NCBI GenBank assembly: GCA_902604535.1
Contig: CACKZK010000004.1
Span: forward strand, 14,620-78,619
Length of the DNA: 64,000 nt
Reading direction: 5' to 3'
Source: an uncultured SAR86 cluster bacterium
GTDB taxonomy: Bacteria; Pseudomonadota; Gammaproteobacteria; Magnimaribacterales; AG-339-G14
In this document: piece by piece, positions 1-11,121 of the stretch
Numbering within the stretch: position 1 is the first letter of the stretch
Layout of the letters: every line of letters starts with the position of its first letter
Made by a program: the position numbers and the translations under genes
Notes under the pieces: generated by a model
Seen by the model: only the letters and a program-made list of their open reading frames with translations
What the model was told of the DNA's origin: nothing
The model's database searches: none

Positions 1-45
1 AACTTTATTTTTGTTTGTTCTTTGAAGGTTATTAAGTTTTAACAT
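1..45 (-). CDS. rplO: 50S ribosomal protein L15, first 15 codons only (gene runs off the window start)
   Basis: Reverse complement of 1-45 reads ATG TTA AAA CTT AAT AAC CTT ... = MLKLNNLQRTNKNKV (cf. E. coli L15 MRLNTL...). The ATG at 45-43 abuts the rpmD stop at 46-48, the conserved spc-operon position. Confidence 0.6.
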   Translation of the reverse strand, partial: MLKLNNLQRTNKNKV

Positions 46-228
46 TTATTCTAAGACCTCCAGAAGATGATGAGCTTTCTTAATCATTCCTAGATTTTCA
101 GGTGTATTTTCAATCTCAACTATTTGGTTGATTTTTTTTAATCCCAACCCTTTTACTGAAAGTCTCTGATTTTTCATCGAGCCTGCTAAACCTCTTTTTA
201 ATTTAACTCTGATCGTTTCGTTAGACAT
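46..228 (-). CDS. rpmD: 50S ribosomal protein L30
   Basis: 60-aa ORF MSNETIRVKLKRGLAGS... with an L30-like sequence. ATG checked at 228-226. Lies between rpsE and rplO as in the spc operon. Confidence 0.9.
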   Translation of the reverse strand: MSNETIRVKLKRGLAGSMKNQRLSVKGLGLKKINQIVEIENTPENLGMIKKAHHLLEVLE

Positions 229-237
229 TTCTTCCTC

Positions 238-720
238 TTAAGATCTCCTTTCTGCAACCTGTTCTGGTGATTCAACGCTTGCTAATCCCTTCACAGTTGC
301 TCTAACAACGTTAATTGGATTAGTTGAGCCATATGTTTTAGCTAATACGTCTTTAATACCGGCTAGCTCTAGGACAGCTCTCATCGCTCCGCCTGCAATT
401 ACTCCAGTACCTGGAGAAGCTGGCTGCATATAAACTGTTGAACTTCCATGAGTTGATTTAACTGGGTAATGAAGAGTAGAGCCTTTAAGTTCAATCTTGA
501 TCATATTTTTTCTAGCATTTTCTAATGCTTTTTGAATGGCCATAGGAACCTCTCTGGCCTTTCCTCTTCCGAAACCAACCTTGCCTGCTCCATCTCCCAC
601 AACGGTAAGAGCTGTAAACCCAAAAATTCTTCCGCCTTTTACAACTTTTGCTACTCTGTTGACTCCTACAAGTTTTTCTTCTAGAGCTTCATTACTAAAC
701 TGATCTATATTTTCTTCCAT
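238..720 (-). CDS. rpsE: 30S ribosomal protein S5
   Basis: 160 aa. S5-typical stretches [15 protein letters not shown] and [19 protein letters not shown]. Operon position fits. Confidence 0.95.
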   Translation of the reverse strand: MEENIDQFSNEALEEKLVGVNRVAKVVKGGRIFGFTALTVVGDGAGKVGFGRGKAREVPMAIQKALENARKNMIKIELKGSTLHYPVKSTHGSSTVYMQPASPGTGVIAGGAMRAVLELAGIKDVLAKTYGSTNPINVVRATVKGLASVESPEQVAERRS

Positions 721-726
721 AATTCC

Positions 727-1077
727 TCAAAATTCTAAGCCCGCTTCACGTGCAGATTCTGCAAGACTCTTTACACGACCATGATATTTATATCCTGATC
801 TATCAAACGTAACCTTTTTAATGCCTTTCTCTATAGCTCTTTTAGCAACCAATTCTCCAACTTTTTTTGCAGCCTCTTGATTTCCGCCATTATCAAGCTT
901 TGCTTCTTTATCTGTGGAGGAAGCATGCGCAAGCACTTCTCTCCCATCGGGAGAAAAAACCTGAGCATAGATCTGATTGTTAGATCTAAAAATAGATAGC
1001 CTATGATTACTCATTTCTTTAGTCTTAGATCTGAGTTTCCTAGATCTTCTTTGTCTTGCGGTAAATTTATCACTCAT
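727..1077 (-). CDS. rplR: 50S ribosomal protein L18
   Basis: 116 aa. [15 protein letters not shown] and [26 protein letters not shown] are L18-like. Operon position fits. Confidence 0.95.
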   Translation of the reverse strand: MSDKFTARQRRSRKLRSKTKEMSNHRLSIFRSNNQIYAQVFSPDGREVLAHASSTDKEAKLDNGGNQEAAKKVGELVAKRAIEKGIKKVTFDRSGYKYHGRVKSLAESAREAGLEF

Positions 1078-1079
1078 GC

Positions 1080-1613
1080 CTAAGCCTTCTTGGATTCTTT
1101 TCGTTTAATTCTTTCTTCAGCATATTTAACCCCCTTTCCTTTATAAGGTTCTGGAGGTCTAAATGATCTAATTTTTGCAGCGGTTTCTCCTAAAAGCTGC
1201 TTATTAGCTGACTTGAGAATAACTTCAGTTTGAGAGGGCACATCGGCGCTTATCCCGTCAGGCAGTTGATAAATTACTGGATGAGAAAATCCCAATGAAA
1301 ATTCCAATTTGTCTCCAGAAAGCTTTGCTCTGTAACCAACGCCATTAATTTCCAATTTTTTTTCAAAACCGTCTGAAACTCCTTTAATCATATTTATTGC
1401 TAAAGCCCTCATTGTCCCTACCATTGCAATAGATTCCTTAGTTTCCTCTTTTGGAGAAAATAATAGTTCTCTATCGGGAGTGCTTGCCATAACTGAAGGA
1501 TGAATGGACATAGACAGGTCTCCATTCTTACCCGAAATTTTAAGTAAATTTTCAACAAGGGATATTTCTATACCGTCTTGAATTGGAATTGGTCTTTCAG
1601 TGTTCCTTGCCAT
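1080..1613 (-). CDS. rplF: 50S ribosomal protein L6
   Basis: 177 aa. GVGYRAKL and [11 protein letters not shown] are L6-like. Operon position fits. Confidence 0.95.
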   Translation of the reverse strand: MARNTERPIPIQDGIEISLVENLLKISGKNGDLSMSIHPSVMASTPDRELLFSPKEETKESIAMVGTMRALAINMIKGVSDGFEKKLEINGVGYRAKLSGDKLEFSLGFSHPVIYQLPDGISADVPSQTEVILKSANKQLLGETAAKIRSFRPPEPYKGKGVKYAEERIKRKESKKA

Positions 1614-1615
1614 AA

Positions 1616-2011
1616 TTAAAATACAGTGCAGATTAATTCTCCGCCTACTCCATGTTCTCTTGCTTCTTTATCTGTCAAAACTCCTTTACTTGTTGTAATG
1701 ATTCCAACCCCCAAACCATTTCTGACTGAAGGTATTTCTTTCGATGAAAAATATCTTCTTAGCCCAGGTTTACTTATCCTTTTCAATTCTCTAATAACTG
1801 GCGCTTCTTGATGGTATTTGAGTGAAACTAAAATAGTTTTTTTGCTTACCTCGCCTTCAATCTTAAAGGATGAAATGAATCCTTCTTTCTCTAAAACTGA
1901 GCAAATAGCATTTTTAATCTTAGAAGATGAAAAGCTCACCGTTGCATGACCTCTGGCTTGAGCGTTCATGACTCTAGAAATCATGTCAGAAATTGGATCT
2001 TGCATACTCAT
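1616..2011 (-). CDS. rpsH: 30S ribosomal protein S8
   Basis: 131 aa. N-terminus MSMQDPISDMISRVMNA matches the S8 N-terminus pattern (E. coli MSMQDPIADMLTRIRNG). Confidence 0.96.
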   Translation of the reverse strand: MSMQDPISDMISRVMNAQARGHATVSFSSSKIKNAICSVLEKEGFISSFKIEGEVSKKTILVSLKYHQEAPVIRELKRISKPGLRRYFSSKEIPSVRNGLGVGIITTSKGVLTDKEAREHGVGGELICTVF

Positions 2012-2020
2012 GGATAACCT

Positions 2021-2326
2021 CTACCAACTCGATTTAACTAGCCCTGGAACATCTCCATTCATAGCCAATTCTCTTAATTTATTTCTTGAAAGACCAAACC
2101 TTCTATATACAGCATGTGGTCTCCCGGTTATTTGACATCTTCTTTGAAGACGAACAGGACTCGTATCTCTTGGAAGTTTTTGAAGTTTTAATCTTGCCTC
2201 ATATCTTTCTTCATCAGATACACTCATATCTGAGATGGTTTTCTTAAGTTCCTCTCTCTTTTTTGCAAACTTTTGAACCATCTTGATTCTTTTATTCTCT
2301 CTAGCGATCATTGAAACTTTAGCCAT
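2021..2326 (-). CDS. rpsN: 30S ribosomal protein S14 (long form)
   Basis: 101 aa. [13 protein letters not shown]... and C-terminal ...[11 protein letters not shown] are S14-like. Confidence 0.95.
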   Translation of the reverse strand: MAKVSMIARENKRIKMVQKFAKKREELKKTISDMSVSDEERYEARLKLQKLPRDTSPVRLQRRCQITGRPHAVYRRFGLSRNKLRELAMNGDVPGLVKSSW

Positions 2327-2337
2327 AATTTTTACCT

Positions 2338-2880
2338 TTAACTTTTGAATGGGAAGTTTAATTTTGATAGTAGCGCGAATCCTTCACTATCATTATTAGC
2401 GGAGGTTGTAATACAAATATCCATACCGCGAATTTTTTCTACCTTGTCATAATCGATTTCAGGGAAGATGATGTGTTCTTTAATTCCCAATGAGTAATTA
2501 CCTTGACCATCGAAGGATTTTGGATTCAAACCTCTGAAATCTCTTTCCCTCGGAATAGCTATAGACAACAACCTGTCTAAAAATTCATACATTCTGTTTC
2601 CTCTTAAAGTAACTTTACAACCAATTGGAAATCCTTCTCTTATTTTAAAGCTCGCTACAGACTTCCTTGCAAAAGTCTTTATTGGTTTTTGACCTGCGAT
2701 TAATTCAAGATCTGCGATAGCATCGTCAACTGATTTTCGATTGTTGAGTGCATCTGGTCCTAAGCCCATATTTACTGTGACCTTTGTTATTTGGGGAACG
2801 GCCATAGAGCTTTTAACACCCAGATCATCTTTAAGTGAACTAATGACGTTATCCTTATAGTTCGTTCTCGTAATAGACAT
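2338..2880 (-). CDS. rplE: 50S ribosomal protein L5
   Basis: 180 aa. The length and the stretch ...[10 protein letters not shown]... are L5-like. Lies between rplX and rpsN. Confidence 0.95.
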   Translation of the reverse strand: MSITRTNYKDNVISSLKDDLGVKSSMAVPQITKVTVNMGLGPDALNNRKSVDDAIADLELIAGQKPIKTFARKSVASFKIREGFPIGCKVTLRGNRMYEFLDRLLSIAIPRERDFRGLNPKSFDGQGNYSLGIKEHIIFPEIDYDKVEKIRGMDICITTSANNDSEGFALLSKLNFPFKS

Positions 2881-2882
2881 GA

Positions 2883-3194
2883 CTATTTGACTTCCTTATT
2901 TGTTGATTTAGAAACTCTAATCTTTCCTTTTTTTTCATCTGAATTAATTTGTAATTTATCTCTCTTTTTAGTACTGCTATTGTAATAAGCAATATTAGAT
3001 ATATTAATAAAGGACTCCTTTTCAATAATCCCCCCGGGTTCATTGATTTGAGGATTTGGTTTTACATGTTTTTTTACTAGTTTTATTCCAGATACTAAAC
3101 ATCTATCGCCTACAATTTTAGTTAGAGTTCCAGTTTTTCCTCTATCTTTTCCTGATATAACAATCACTTCATCACCAGTTCTTAACTTATTCAT
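2883..3194 (-). CDS. rplX: 50S ribosomal protein L24
   Basis: 103 aa. KOW motif region [16 protein letters not shown]. Its ATG shares one base with the rplN stop (TAATG). Confidence 0.95.
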   Translation of the reverse strand: MNKLRTGDEVIVISGKDRGKTGTLTKIVGDRCLVSGIKLVKKHVKPNPQINEPGGIIEKESFINISNIAYYNSSTKKRDKLQINSDEKKGKIRVSKSTNKEVK

Positions 3195-3562
3195 TAAATA
3201 ACCTCAGGTGCTAGAGAAATTATTTTCATGAAATTATTCGATCTCAGCTCTCTGGAAACAGGACCAAAAATTCTTGTTCCAATTGGTTGTTGTTGGTTAT
3301 TTATAAGCACAGCTGCATTATCATCAAATCTAACGGTTGATCCATCCTCTCTGCGAATGTCTTTTTTAGTTCTAACTACAACTGCATCTGCAACTTGACC
3401 TTTCTTAACCCTGCCTGTTGGAATAGCTTCTTTTATTGCCACTTTAATGACATCGCCAACTCTTGCATAACGTCTTTTAGATCCACCAAGCACTTTGATA
3501 CACATCACTCTTCTGGCACCACTGTTATCAGCTACTTCTAAAATGGTTTCTGTTTGAATCAT
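3194..3562 (-). CDS. rplN: 50S ribosomal protein L14
   Basis: 122 aa. [28 protein letters not shown] is almost the canonical L14 N-terminus. Confidence 0.97.
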   Translation of the reverse strand: MIQTETILEVADNSGARRVMCIKVLGGSKRRYARVGDVIKVAIKEAIPTGRVKKGQVADAVVVRTKKDIRREDGSTVRFDDNAAVLINNQQQPIGTRIFGPVSRELRSNNFMKIISLAPEVI

Positions 3563-3816
3563 GACTTACCCTCTTTGAGTATTTCTACCAACGTCCATGA
3601 TTTAGTTTTTGAAATTGGTCGACATTCTTTAATAATAACTTTGTCGCCAAGCGAGCAAACATTTCCCTCATCATGAAAACTGATCTTTGAAGATCTTCTA
3701 ATTATTTTTCCTAATTTAGGGTGTTTAACTTTTCTATCTATTTTTGCTATTGCAGTTTTATGAGAGTTACAACTTACAACCATGCCTGTCATTGTTCTTA
3801 TTGTTTTATCAGACAT
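3559..3816 (-). CDS. rpsQ: 30S ribosomal protein S17
   Basis: The track ORF starts at 3822 (MQMSDK...). I prefer the ATG at 3816, giving [15 protein letters not shown] (cf. E. coli MTDKIRTLQGRVVS). [14 protein letters not shown] motif present. ATGA overlap with rplN. Confidence 0.9.
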   Translation of the reverse strand: MSDKTIRTMTGMVVSCNSHKTAIAKIDRKVKHPKLGKIIRRSSKISFHDEGNVCSLGDKVIIKECRPISKTKSWTLVEILKEGKS

Positions 3817-4003
3817 TTGCATCCTCTTGTTTTTTTAGCTCTTTAAGAGAAGTCAAAATTCTTGCAACAGCCTTTTTTTTCTCCTTTAAAAGGTGTGTCT
3901 GTTGTAGTGAAGCAGATGAGCTCTTTAATTTAAAGTCTAATAATTCAGATCTAGTTTTCTCCAGATCCTTCATTAAATCAGCATGAGATGGATTTTTAGC
4001 CAT
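3809..4003 (-). CDS. rpmC: 50S ribosomal protein L29
   Basis: 64 aa. ...[21 protein letters not shown]... is L29-like. Lies between rplP and rpsQ. Confidence 0.9.
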   Translation of the reverse strand: MAKNPSHADLMKDLEKTRSELLDFKLKSSSASLQQTHLLKEKKKAVARILTSLKELKKQEDANV

Positions 4004-4416
4004 TAGATAACCTTCCTAGAGATAAATTGAGTTGAAACAGGAAGTTTTGCAGCTGCTAGAGAAAAAGCCTCTCTGGCCAAAGCTTCATCAACACCTTCCA
4101 TTTCATAGAGTATTTTTCCTGGTTTAATTGGTGAAACCCAATATTCTACGTTTCCTTTACCTTTTCCTTGCCTTACTTCAAGGGGTTTTTTGGTAATTGG
4201 TTTATCGGGAAAGATTCTGATCCAGATTTTTGCTCCACGTTTAACGTGTCTAGTCATTGCTCTTCTTGCAGCCTCAATTTGACGAGATGTAATTTGACCT
4301 CTTGATGTAGCTTTCAAACCAAATGTACCGAAGTCTAGAGAATTAGACCTCTGTGCAAGGCCTCGATTGCGACCTTTCATTTGTTTTCTATATTTAGTCC
4401 TTTTTGGCTGAAACAT
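4003..4416 (-). CDS. rplP: 50S ribosomal protein L16
   Basis: 137 aa. [19 protein letters not shown] is the L16 N-terminus. Confidence 0.97.
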   Translation of the reverse strand: MFQPKRTKYRKQMKGRNRGLAQRSNSLDFGTFGLKATSRGQITSRQIEAARRAMTRHVKRGAKIWIRIFPDKPITKKPLEVRQGKGKGNVEYWVSPIKPGKILYEMEGVDEALAREAFSLAAAKLPVSTQFISRKVI

Positions 4417-5075
4417 TAGCTTTCCTTGTCTTTTTCTTTAACTTTTTTATCTATTAACTCGCCTCTAAATATCCACACCTTCACACCAATAATCCCGTAA
4501 GTAGTTTTTGCTTCGGCTAAGCCGTAATCAACATCTGCTCTTAATGTATGAAGAGGCACTCTCCCTTCTTTATGCCACTCAGATCTAGCAATCTCAGCTC
4601 CACCTAATCTTCCTGAAACTTTAATTTTGACACCTAGTGCTCCCTGTCTCATAGTATTTTGAGCAGCTCTCTTAATAACCCTTCTGAACATTGCTCTTTT
4701 TTCAAGTTGAAGTGATATGTTTGCAGCAACAAGCTGAGCATCAAGATCAGGTTTTCTTATTTCTTGAATGTTAAGACTGACCGGCACATTCATTATTTGT
4801 GTCAGCTTCTCTCTCAAACGATCGATATCTTCACCTCTTTTACCAATGATCATTCCCGGCCTTGCAGTATGAATGGTGACTTTTGCACTCTGAGCAGGCC
4901 TTTCTATATGGATTTTGCTAACAAATGCATTATCAAGTTCTTTTTTAAGAAACTCTCTAACTTGAAAATCATTGAAAAGAATCTCTCTATATTTATCTTT
5001 TTCTGCAAACCATACAGAGTTATGATCTCTGGATATGCCTAGTCTGATTCCTACTGGATTAACCTTTTGTCCCAC
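4416..5075 (-). CDS. rpsC: 30S ribosomal protein S3
   Basis: 219 aa. GTG start (cac at 5073-5075). [13 protein letters not shown] is the S3 N-terminus. Confidence 0.97.
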   Translation of the reverse strand: MGQKVNPVGIRLGISRDHNSVWFAEKDKYREILFNDFQVREFLKKELDNAFVSKIHIERPAQSAKVTIHTARPGMIIGKRGEDIDRLREKLTQIMNVPVSLNIQEIRKPDLDAQLVAANISLQLEKRAMFRRVIKRAAQNTMRQGALGVKIKVSGRLGGAEIARSEWHKEGRVPLHTLRADVDYGLAEAKTTYGIIGVKVWIFRGELIDKKVKEKDKES

Positions 5076-5084
5076 TTTATCTCC

Positions 5085-5417
5085 TTAATTACTTAATTTT
5101 AGGTTTATATGACACGACTTTTTTTCGATTCGGTCTGCTCTTCCTCTGGCTCTTGCCCTTATTCTTTTCATGATTAGGGCTTCATCAACAGAAATATGAC
5201 TGATGTATAATGTATCAATGTCTAAACCATAATTATTTTCAGCAGAAGAAATTGCAGAATCCAAAAGCTTTTTCAGATTTCTAGAACCGGACTTTGGACT
5301 AAAAATAAGAATATCTAAGGCTTCATCAACTTTTTTTCCACGAATTTGATCTGCCAAAAGCCTGATCTTAGATGCTGAGGACTTAAATCTTGATAATTTT
5401 GCTGATACTTCTGTCAT
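5085..5417 (-). CDS. rplV: 50S ribosomal protein L22
   Basis: 110 aa. ...KIRLLADQIRGKKVDEALDIL... is L22-like. Operon position fits. Confidence 0.95.
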   Translation of the reverse strand: MTEVSAKLSRFKSSASKIRLLADQIRGKKVDEALDILIFSPKSGSRNLKKLLDSAISSAENNYGLDIDTLYISHISVDEALIMKRIRARARGRADRIEKKSCHINLKLSN

Positions 5418-5686
5418 TAAACTTTCCTATCCCCTGAGTGTTGTTTAAAAGTTCTAGTAGGAACAAATTCACCGAGCTTATGTCCAACCATATCCTCTTG
5501 AATGAATATGGGAACGTGCTGTCTTCCGTTATGGATGGAAATTGTTAAGCCAACCATTTCTGGAGAGATCAAGGATCTCCTAGACCAAGTTTTGATAGGC
5601 CTCTTATCTTTGGACTCAACAGCCTTTGAGACTTTATCCATCAAATGATGATCTATAAATGGACCTTTTTTAATAGAGCGCGGCAT
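5417..5686 (-). CDS. rpsS: 30S ribosomal protein S19
   Basis: 89 aa. [15 protein letters not shown] is the S19 N-terminus. Confidence 0.97.
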   Translation of the reverse strand: MPRSIKKGPFIDHHLMDKVSKAVESKDKRPIKTWSRRSLISPEMVGLTISIHNGRQHVPIFIQEDMVGHKLGEFVPTRTFKQHSGDRKV

Positions 5687-5688
5687 TT

Positions 5689-6513
5689 CTATTTCTTCCT
5701 TCTTCTAATAATTTGTTTATCTGTTCTCTTATTGCTTCTTGTTCTAAATCCTTTTGTTGGCACACCCCAAGGTGAGACTGGGTGTCTCCCCCCAGAAGTT
5801 CTTCCTTCTCCACCGCCATGAGGGTGGTCTATTGGGTTCATTGCCACACCCCTCACAGTAGGTCTAACCCCTAACCATCTTTTAGCTCCTGCTTTTCCGA
5901 TAGATTTCAAAGAATGCTCAGAATTAGATACGGTTCCAAGAACAGCTCTACACTCGACAGGCACTCTTCTTACCTCACCACTTTTCATTCTTAGGGTTGC
6001 TGTATTTCCTTCTTTTGCGACAAACTGAACATAAGATCCAGCACTTCTTGCTATTTGAGCGCCTTTTTTTGGCTTTAGCTCGACACAGTGAACAGTAGAT
6101 CCAACGGGTATAGCATTAAGATCAAGCGCATTACCCACTTTTATTGGAGCGTCGTTACCAGATTGAACAGTATCTCCTTGTTGAAGGCCAGAAGGAGAAA
6201 TTATGTACCTCCGTTCTCCATCTGAATATAACAATAAAGCTATGTGAGCAGATCTGTTAGGATCATATTCTATTCTTTCGACAATTGCAGGTATCCCATC
6301 TTTTGTTCTCTTAAAGTCAATGATTCTGTAATGTTGTTTATGTCCACCGCCTTGATGTCTTACGGTTATTCTTCCTCTATTATTTCTTCCTCCATTTTTA
6401 CTTTTTGTGGTCAATAGAGGTGCATGAGGTTTTCCTTTATGAATGTTCTGATCTACCTGGAAGCTTCTAAATCTTCTGCCCGCAGACGTTGGTTTTGCTT
6501 TAACTACAGTCAT
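5689..6513 (-). CDS. rplB: 50S ribosomal protein L2
   Basis: 274 aa. [14 protein letters not shown] motif. Confidence 0.97.
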   Translation of the reverse strand: MTVVKAKPTSAGRRFRSFQVDQNIHKGKPHAPLLTTKSKNGGRNNRGRITVRHQGGGHKQHYRIIDFKRTKDGIPAIVERIEYDPNRSAHIALLLYSDGERRYIISPSGLQQGDTVQSGNDAPIKVGNALDLNAIPVGSTVHCVELKPKKGAQIARSAGSYVQFVAKEGNTATLRMKSGEVRRVPVECRAVLGTVSNSEHSLKSIGKAGAKRWLGVRPTVRGVAMNPIDHPHGGGEGRTSGGRHPVSPWGVPTKGFRTRSNKRTDKQIIRRRKK

Positions 6514-6515
6514 AA

Positions 6516-6812
6516 TTATTCAATTGATAAATCTATTTGATTGCCTTCCTTAAGAAATACATAAGCCTTTTTCCAATCACTTTTTTTTCTAATCTTGTTC
6601 TTCAATGTTCTTTTTGTTTTGCCTTTTACATTCATGATGTTTACTTTTTCAACTTCAACTTTGTACAAAGATTCTATTGCTTTTTTTACTTGAAGCTTGT
6701 TAGCAGAAGAAGAAACTTTAAAAACGTAACTATTTGCATTTTGAATGGCCAAAGAAGCTTTCTCGGAAAGGTGAGATGAATTTAATACTTTTAAAGGGTG
6801 TAATTGACTCAT
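6516..6812 (-). CDS. rplW: 50S ribosomal protein L23
   Basis: 98 aa. Lies between rplD and rplB, with an ATGA overlap with rpl[21 protein letters not shown] is L23-like. Confidence 0.93.
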   Translation of the reverse strand: MSQLHPLKVLNSSHLSEKASLAIQNANSYVFKVSSSANKLQVKKAIESLYKVEVEKVNIMNVKGKTKRTLKNKIRKKSDWKKAYVFLKEGNQIDLSIE

Positions 6813-7414
6813 GAATATGCCCTTATGATTTTTTCTAAAGATTTATCTGTGAGTAGGATTTTTTCATGAGAAATTAAATCTACTGGATTGATTTGATTTG
6901 TCGTAGTGATATGAATATTTTTTAAATTTCTAGACGCTAAATGAAGATTTTGAGAAATTTCATCTAAAACAATAGTTATAGAGGAAGTCTCAAACGGAGA
7001 GATTAACTCTAATAATTTTTTTGTTTTTGGTTCATCCAAAGAAAAATCTTTTACCATGATTATTCTTTCTTCTTTGGCTAATTTGGAAAGGATTGATTTA
7101 ATCCCGTTATTGAACATCTTTTTATTAATTTTTTTCTTAGTAAGTTGAGGTCTGGCAGCAAAAGTAACACCACCTGATCTCCAGATCGGTCCACGAGTTG
7201 TTCCAGCTCTTGCTCTACCGGTTCCTTTTTGTCTCCAAGGTTTTTTGCCACCGCCGCTTACATCAGATCTATTTTTCTGAGATTTAGTGCCATTATGATT
7301 ATTTGAAATTACAGTGTTGACTAATTGATGAATAAGATCTTCGTTAAAATCTTGTTCAAAGATAGTCTCAGGCAGATCTGCTGATGTTTTTTCTTTGTAA
7401 TAAGATAGCTGCAT
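6809..7414 (-). CDS. rplD: 50S ribosomal protein L4
   Basis: 201 aa. [26 protein letters not shown] motif. Confidence 0.96.
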   Translation of the reverse strand: MQLSYYKEKTSADLPETIFEQDFNEDLIHQLVNTVISNNHNGTKSQKNRSDVSGGGKKPWRQKGTGRARAGTTRGPIWRSGGVTFAARPQLTKKKINKKMFNNGIKSILSKLAKEERIIMVKDFSLDEPKTKKLLELISPFETSSITIVLDEISQNLHLASRNLKNIHITTTNQINPVDLISHEKILLTDKSLEKIIRAYS

Positions 7415-7419
7415 GGTGA

Positions 7420-8055
7420 TTAGTTTTTAGTTGCTGGCTTTATAATGACAGGCGAGCCTTTTGATCCTGGTAAGGCACCTTTTACTAAAATAAGATTATT
7501 TTCTGCATCTATTTTTTGTATTTTTAAATTTTGTGTTGTCTGGCGGGTATTTCCCAAATGGCCTGCCATTTTTTTTCCTTTCCAAACCCTTCCAGGAGTT
7601 TGACATTGACCTATAGATCCAGGTTTTCTATGAGCTAAAGAATTCCCATGTGTTGCATCTTGCGTTGCAAAGTTCCAACGTTTGACCGTGCCAGCAAAGC
7701 CTTTTCCTTTGGTTGTTCCGGTAACATCGATAATCTGACCTTCTTCAAACATCTTTAACTCCAGTGATTGACCTAGCTCGATATTTTCTAAGTCTGATTC
7801 TTGGATTCGGAATTCTTTAATTGTTTTTGCTGAGGCGGTGTTTGATTTATTGAGATGGGCTTTTTCAGGTTTTGAGAGATGTTTTTCTTTTTTGGTTCCG
7901 GTAGATATTTGAATTGATGAGTAACCTTCTGTAGCAATTTTTTTTATCTGGGTTACAACATTGGAGTCGATTTTTACCACGGTAACGGGCACAGAATTTC
8001 CATCTTCTGTGAAAACCCTGGACATTCCCTCTTTTATGCCTATCAATCCTATCAT
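7420..8055 (-). CDS. rplC: 50S ribosomal protein L3
   Basis: 211 aa. MIGLIGIKEGMSRVFTEDG (cf. E. coli MIGLVGKKVGMTRIFTEDG). Confidence 0.97.
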   Translation of the reverse strand: MIGLIGIKEGMSRVFTEDGNSVPVTVVKIDSNVVTQIKKIATEGYSSIQISTGTKKEKHLSKPEKAHLNKSNTASAKTIKEFRIQESDLENIELGQSLELKMFEEGQIIDVTGTTKGKGFAGTVKRWNFATQDATHGNSLAHRKPGSIGQCQTPGRVWKGKKMAGHLGNTRQTTQNLKIQKIDAENNLILVKGALPGSKGSPVIIKPATKN

Positions 8056-8056
8056 T

Positions 8057-8380
8057 TTATTTACTTAACTCATCTAGTGAGATTTGAACGTCAACCCCAG
8101 CGGAAAGATCAAGCTTCATTAAAGCATCTACAGTTTTTTCAGTGGGCTTGATGATATCCATCACTCTTTTATAGGTTCTGATTTCATATTGATCTCTAGC
8201 ATCTTTATCCTTGTGCGGTGAGATTAATATAGTAGTGCGACTTTTTTTGACAGGCATTGGTATTGGTCCTTTAACAACCGCGCCAGTTCTTTTAACAGTA
8301 TCAACAATTTCTCTTGCTGATTTATCAATTAATTTATTGTCAAAAGCTTTGAGCCGAATTCTAATATTCTGGTCTTGCAA
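8057..8380 (-). CDS. rpsJ: 30S ribosomal protein S10 (TTG start)
   Basis: The track ORF begins at a TTG at 8392. The minus strand reads cttttGGAGGTtggtTTGcaagaccag. The first TTG therefore sits inside a GGAGGT Shine-Dalgarno, and the second TTG (8380-8378) gives [14 protein letters not shown], co-linear with E. coli [14 protein letters not shown]. Confidence 0.9.
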   Translation of the reverse strand: MQDQNIRIRLKAFDNKLIDKSAREIVDTVKRTGAVVKGPIPMPVKKSRTTILISPHKDKDARDQYEIRTYKRVMDIIKPTEKTVDALMKLDLSAGVDVQISLDELSK

Positions 8381-8421
8381 ACCAACCTCCAAAAGTAATA
8401 AATATCTGTTAAAGAACTAAA

Positions 8422-8439
8422 CGATTTATCTTTAAATCG
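8422..8439 (-). promoter_or_regulatory. Small hairpin in the S10-operon 5' leader (possible attenuator-like element)
   Basis: Minus strand CGATTT-aaagat-AAATCG (6-bp stem) followed by tttagttcttt. It lies between the predicted S10 promoter and the rpsJ SD. The stem is weak and AT-rich. Confidence 0.2.
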
Positions 8440-8466
8440 AAACATCCATCTCACGGACGAGCGGCA

Positions 8467-8495
8467 ATTCTATTGGGACATCAGTGCGATGTCAA
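8467..8495 (-). promoter_or_regulatory. Sigma70-type promoter of the S10 operon
   Basis: Minus strand TTGACA (8495-8490), then the 17-nt spacer tcgcactgatgtcccaa, then TAGAAT (8472-8467), followed by the GC-rich discriminator tgccgctcg. Located in the 123-nt fusA-rpsJ gap. Confidence 0.5.
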
Positions 8496-8503
8496 CAAGC
8501 GTA

Positions 8504-10621
8504 TTAGCTTTTATTTATAATAGATTCCGCAACGTTGTTGGGGACTTCTGCGTACTTGAGAGGCTCCATTGTAAACGTTGCTCTACCTTGAGTTGCAGAT
8601 CTTAAATCCGTTGCGTAACCAAACATTTCTGCCAAAGGAACTTCGCCATTTAGAGCCTTTCCAGAAGGTATATCGTTCATACCTTGCACAATTCCTCTTC
8701 TTCTATTTAAATCTCCAACGACATCTCCCATATATTCTTCGGGAGTGACAACTTCAAGCTTCATAATTGGTTCAAGTAAAACAGGTTTAGCTCTCATAGC
8801 CCCATCTTTCAAAGCTTGTGAAGCAGCGACCTTAAATGCTATTTCACTCGAATCTACATCGTGGAAAGAACCATCATAAAGAGTTACTTTGACATCAATT
8901 AAGGGATAACCAGCTATAACGCCAGCTTCCATCTGCTCTTTAACGCCTTTATCAACAGCTGGAATAAATTCTCTCGGGATTGTTCCTCCTACGATTGAAT
9001 TCACGAACTCATAAATATCTCTGTCTTCTTCTTCAATATCCTCATGAATCAAAGGCTCAATTTTTATCCAAACGTGACCGTATTGTCCTTTTCCACCCGA
9101 TTGTCTAACAAATTTTCCTTCGGACTCGACCATCTGCTTAATAGTCTCTCTATATGCAACCTGAGGTTTACCAATGTTGGCTTCAACATCAAATTCTCTT
9201 TTCATCCTATCAACAATCACGTCTAAATGAAGTTCTCCCATTCCTGATATAATTGTTTGACCAGACTCTTCATCACTATTTACTCTGAAAGATGGATCTT
9301 CTTGAGCTAGCCTGCCTAATGCAGTAGACATTTTTTCCTGATCAGTTTTAGTTTTAGGCTCAACAGCCACAGAAATAACAGGTTCTGGAAAAGTCATTCT
9401 CTCCAAAATGATGGACTTATCTCTGTCGCAAAGAGTTTCTCCTGTGCTAACGTCTTTCAAACCAATTACTGCACAAATATCCCCTGCTCTTACTTCAGAG
9501 ATTTCTGTCCTGTTATTAGCATGCATCTGCAACATCCTACCAATTCTTTCCTTTGATCTTCGAGAAGGAGAGTAAACAGAATCTCCAGATGATAAGACTC
9601 CTGAGTAAACCCTTATAAAGGTTAAAGTTCCTACAAATGGATCTGTAGCTATCTTGAATGCTAATGCAGAAAAGGGCTCTTCGTCACTAGAAGATCTTTG
9701 ATCTTCAGTCTCTTCGTCTTCAAGGACACCTTTAATCGCTTCTACCTCATCAGGTGATGGAAGAAAATTAATCACTGCATCTAGGACGCATTGAACTCCT
9801 TTATTTTTAAATGCCGAGCCGCAAAGACATAAAACTATTTCATTAGATAAAGTTCTTTGTCTGAGCCCTAAAATGATTTCCTCTTCAGTAAGATCACCAT
9901 TTTCAAGGTACTTATCCATGAGATCTTCAGAAGCTTCAGCAGCAGATTCAAGCATTTGTTCTCTGTAATTTTCACAGTCAGCAAGCATTGATTCGGGAAT
10001 ATCTTCTTCTCTGTATGATTTACCCATATCATCGAGATCAAAATAAAGTGCTTTCATTGAAATCAAGTCAACCATTCCTTCAAAATCATCTTCAGCCCCA
10101 ATTGGAAGATTGATGGGTACAGGTGAGGCGCCTAATCTATCTTTCATCTGCTGAACGACATTCAGAAAGTTTGCTCCAGCTCTATCCATCTTATTTATAA
10201 AGGCAATTCTTGGTACCTTATATCGATTTGCTTGTCTCCATACTGTTTCGGACTGGGGCTCAACTCCAGAACTGCCGCAAAAAACGACAACTGCTCCATC
10301 TAATACTCTTAAGGATCTTTCAACTTCAATGGTAAAGTCCACGTGCCCAGGAGTATCAATGATATTAACTCTGTGCTCATCAAACTGTTGTTTCATTCCC
10401 TTCCAGAAACAGGTTGTTGCAGCTGATGTAATAGTTATACCTCTTTCCTGCTCCTGTTCCATCCAATCCATAGTCGCAGCACCATCATGGACCTCTCCTA
10501 TTTTATGAGATATTCCTGTGTAATATAAAACTCTCTCCGTAGTGGTTGTTTTGCCGGCATCTACATGAGCGCAAATACCGATATTTCTGTAAAGTTTAAG
10601 TGGAACCTTTCTGCCGCTCAT
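8504..10621 (-). CDS. fusA: Elongation factor G
   Basis: 705 aa. [19 protein letters not shown] and DTPGHVDF GTPase motifs. Follows rpsG. Confidence 0.97.
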   Translation of the reverse strand: MSGRKVPLKLYRNIGICAHVDAGKTTTTERVLYYTGISHKIGEVHDGAATMDWMEQEQERGITITSAATTCFWKGMKQQFDEHRVNIIDTPGHVDFTIEVERSLRVLDGAVVVFCGSSGVEPQSETVWRQANRYKVPRIAFINKMDRAGANFLNVVQQMKDRLGASPVPINLPIGAEDDFEGMVDLISMKALYFDLDDMGKSYREEDIPESMLADCENYREQMLESAAEASEDLMDKYLENGDLTEEEIILGLRQRTLSNEIVLCLCGSAFKNKGVQCVLDAVINFLPSPDEVEAIKGVLEDEETEDQRSSSDEEPFSALAFKIATDPFVGTLTFIRVYSGVLSSGDSVYSPSRRSKERIGRMLQMHANNRTEISEVRAGDICAVIGLKDVSTGETLCDRDKSIILERMTFPEPVISVAVEPKTKTDQEKMSTALGRLAQEDPSFRVNSDEESGQTIISGMGELHLDVIVDRMKREFDVEANIGKPQVAYRETIKQMVESEGKFVRQSGGKGQYGHVWIKIEPLIHEDIEEEDRDIYEFVNSIVGGTIPREFIPAVDKGVKEQMEAGVIAGYPLIDVKVTLYDGSFHDVDSSEIAFKVAASQALKDGAMRAKPVLLEPIMKLEVVTPEEYMGDVVGDLNRRRGIVQGMNDIPSGKALNGEVPLAEMFGYATDLRSATQGRATFTMEPLKYAEVPNNVAESIINKS

Positions 10622-10642
10622 TTTTAGATTATGTTTGTATTA

Positions 10643-11113
10643 TTAAAATCTGAAATGTGAAAATGCTTTGTTTGCATCAGCCATCTTATGAGTATCTTGT
10701 CTCTTTTTAACAGCCTCTCCTTTACCGTCTGAAGCATCTAATAACTCATTAGCTAACTTATCAGCCATTTTCTTTTCAGATCTCTTCTTAGCACTATTTA
10801 CTAACCATCGCATTGCAAGTGCCATTTTTCTGGCAGACTTCACTTCTATTGGAACTTGATAAGTTGCCCCACCCACTCTTCTAGACTTAACTTCTACTTG
10901 AGGTGCAACTTGGTCCAAAGCATCTTCGAATACTTTTAAAGGATCTTGTTTAGATTTAGAAGAAATTTGATCTAAAGCTGTATACATTATTTTTTCAGCA
11001 ACACTTTTTTTTCCTCGTTGCATAATCTGATTAATGAATTTAGCAACTTTGATGTTGTCAAATTTTGGATCAGCGAGTATGTCTCTTTTTGGAACTGGAC
11101 CTTTTCTTGGCAT
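10643..11113 (-). CDS. rpsG: 30S ribosomal protein S7
   Basis: 156 aa. [18 protein letters not shown] is the S7 N-terminus. Confidence 0.97.
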   Translation of the reverse strand: MPRKGPVPKRDILADPKFDNIKVAKFINQIMQRGKKSVAEKIMYTALDQISSKSKQDPLKVFEDALDQVAPQVEVKSRRVGGATYQVPIEVKSARKMALAMRWLVNSAKKRSEKKMADKLANELLDASDGKGEAVKKRQDTHKMADANKAFSHFRF

Positions 11114-11121
11114 ATTAAAAA

